DNA of 63,888 bases, counting the filler, from Octopus bimaculoides (lineage: Eukaryota): assembly GCF_001194135.2 (NCBI RefSeq). It is 8 parts of 8 records of this genome, joined end to end, with 100 filler letters (N's around TTAATTAATTAA, not from the genome) between each part and the next. Parts side by side here need not be neighbours in the genome. Positions count along the whole stretch, not along the records: positions 61,853 to 63,888 come from NC_068991.1; 7 more parts are not named here. One strand, written 5' to 3'. Position numbers and translations under genes: made by a program. This document shows positions 63,544-63,888 of the stretch, in pieces. The notes beneath the pieces are model-generated. The model saw only the letters and a program-made list of their open reading frames with translations, searched no databases and had not been told where the DNA came from. Positions within the stretch are counted from its first letter, which is position 1. Every line of letters starts with the position of its first letter.

Positions 63544-63575
63544 ACAGGGGTTGGATAAAATAATGGATCCACCTA
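63544..63575 (+). mobile_element. Possible Tc1/mariner terminal inverted repeat remnant
   Basis: TA followed by CAGGGGTTGGATAAAATAATGG after a (GT)n tract; interrupted by the RTE-type element; no partner end in the window. Confidence 0.3.
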
Positions 63576-63582
63576 GCATTCA

Positions 63583-63888
63583 CCATCATCATCATCATCG
63601 TTTAACGTCCGCTTTCCATGCTAGCATGGGTTGGATGATTTGACTGAGGACTGGTGAAACCAGATGGCTACACCAGGCTCAAATCTGATTTGGCAGAGTT
63701 TCTACAGCTGGATGCCCTTCCTAACGCCAACCACTGAGAGAGTGTAGTGGGTGCTTTTACGTGTCACCCGCACGAAGGCCATTCAGGCGGTAATGGCAAC
63801 GGCCACGCTCAAAATGGTGCATTTTATGTGCCACCCACACAAGAGCCAGTCCAGGGGCACTGGCAACGATCTCGCTCGAAAACCCCAT
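63583..63888 (-). mobile_element. RTE-type element 3' end, runs off the window
   Basis: Plus strand (CAT)n, then CGTTTAACGTCCGCTTTCCATGCTAGCATGGG..GGATGCCCTTCCTAACGCCAACCAC; homologous to 58285-58500. Confidence 0.8.

Noticed and set aside
1-63888. A novel multi-gene biological system
   Set aside because: Only one host gene is supported; all other coding signal maps to recognisable, broken transposon proteins. No operon-like, CRISPR-like or viral module was seen.

Overview
AT-rich, microsatellite-saturated animal genomic DNA. The SINE families, retroelement mix and simple-repeat load look like a coleoid cephalopod, probably Octopus; this is pattern recognition, not a database match. One host gene is supported: a Frizzled-1/2/7-type Wnt receptor (14200-16053, minus strand), with no intron in the sequenced parts and an N-gap in the CRD-TM1 linker. 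Everything else I can identify is decayed mobile DNA: at least 8 R4/Dong-like (restriction-like endonuclease) LINE pieces sitting in (AAT)n tracts, an L1/Tx1 3' end, RTE pieces, two Helitron coding relics, a Helentron-type non-autonomous element, a Penelope-like GIY-YIG relic, and two tRNA-derived SINE families (over 25 copies or fragments). Seven 100-bp gaps carry an artificial TTAATTAATTAA six-frame-stop linker, so adjacency across them is unproven. I find no support for a new multi-gene system. The best leads are a templated inverted copy of flanking DNA inside a LINE (169-1360), four minimal hammerhead-ribozyme-like motifs (one with an intact core about 690 bp upstream of the Frizzled ATG), an extra C-terminal Val that shifts the Frizzled PDZ motif, strand-polarised stacking of retroelements in (AAT)n, and a dispersed ~142-bp satellite-like unit. 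Repeat boundaries are read by eye and are approximate.
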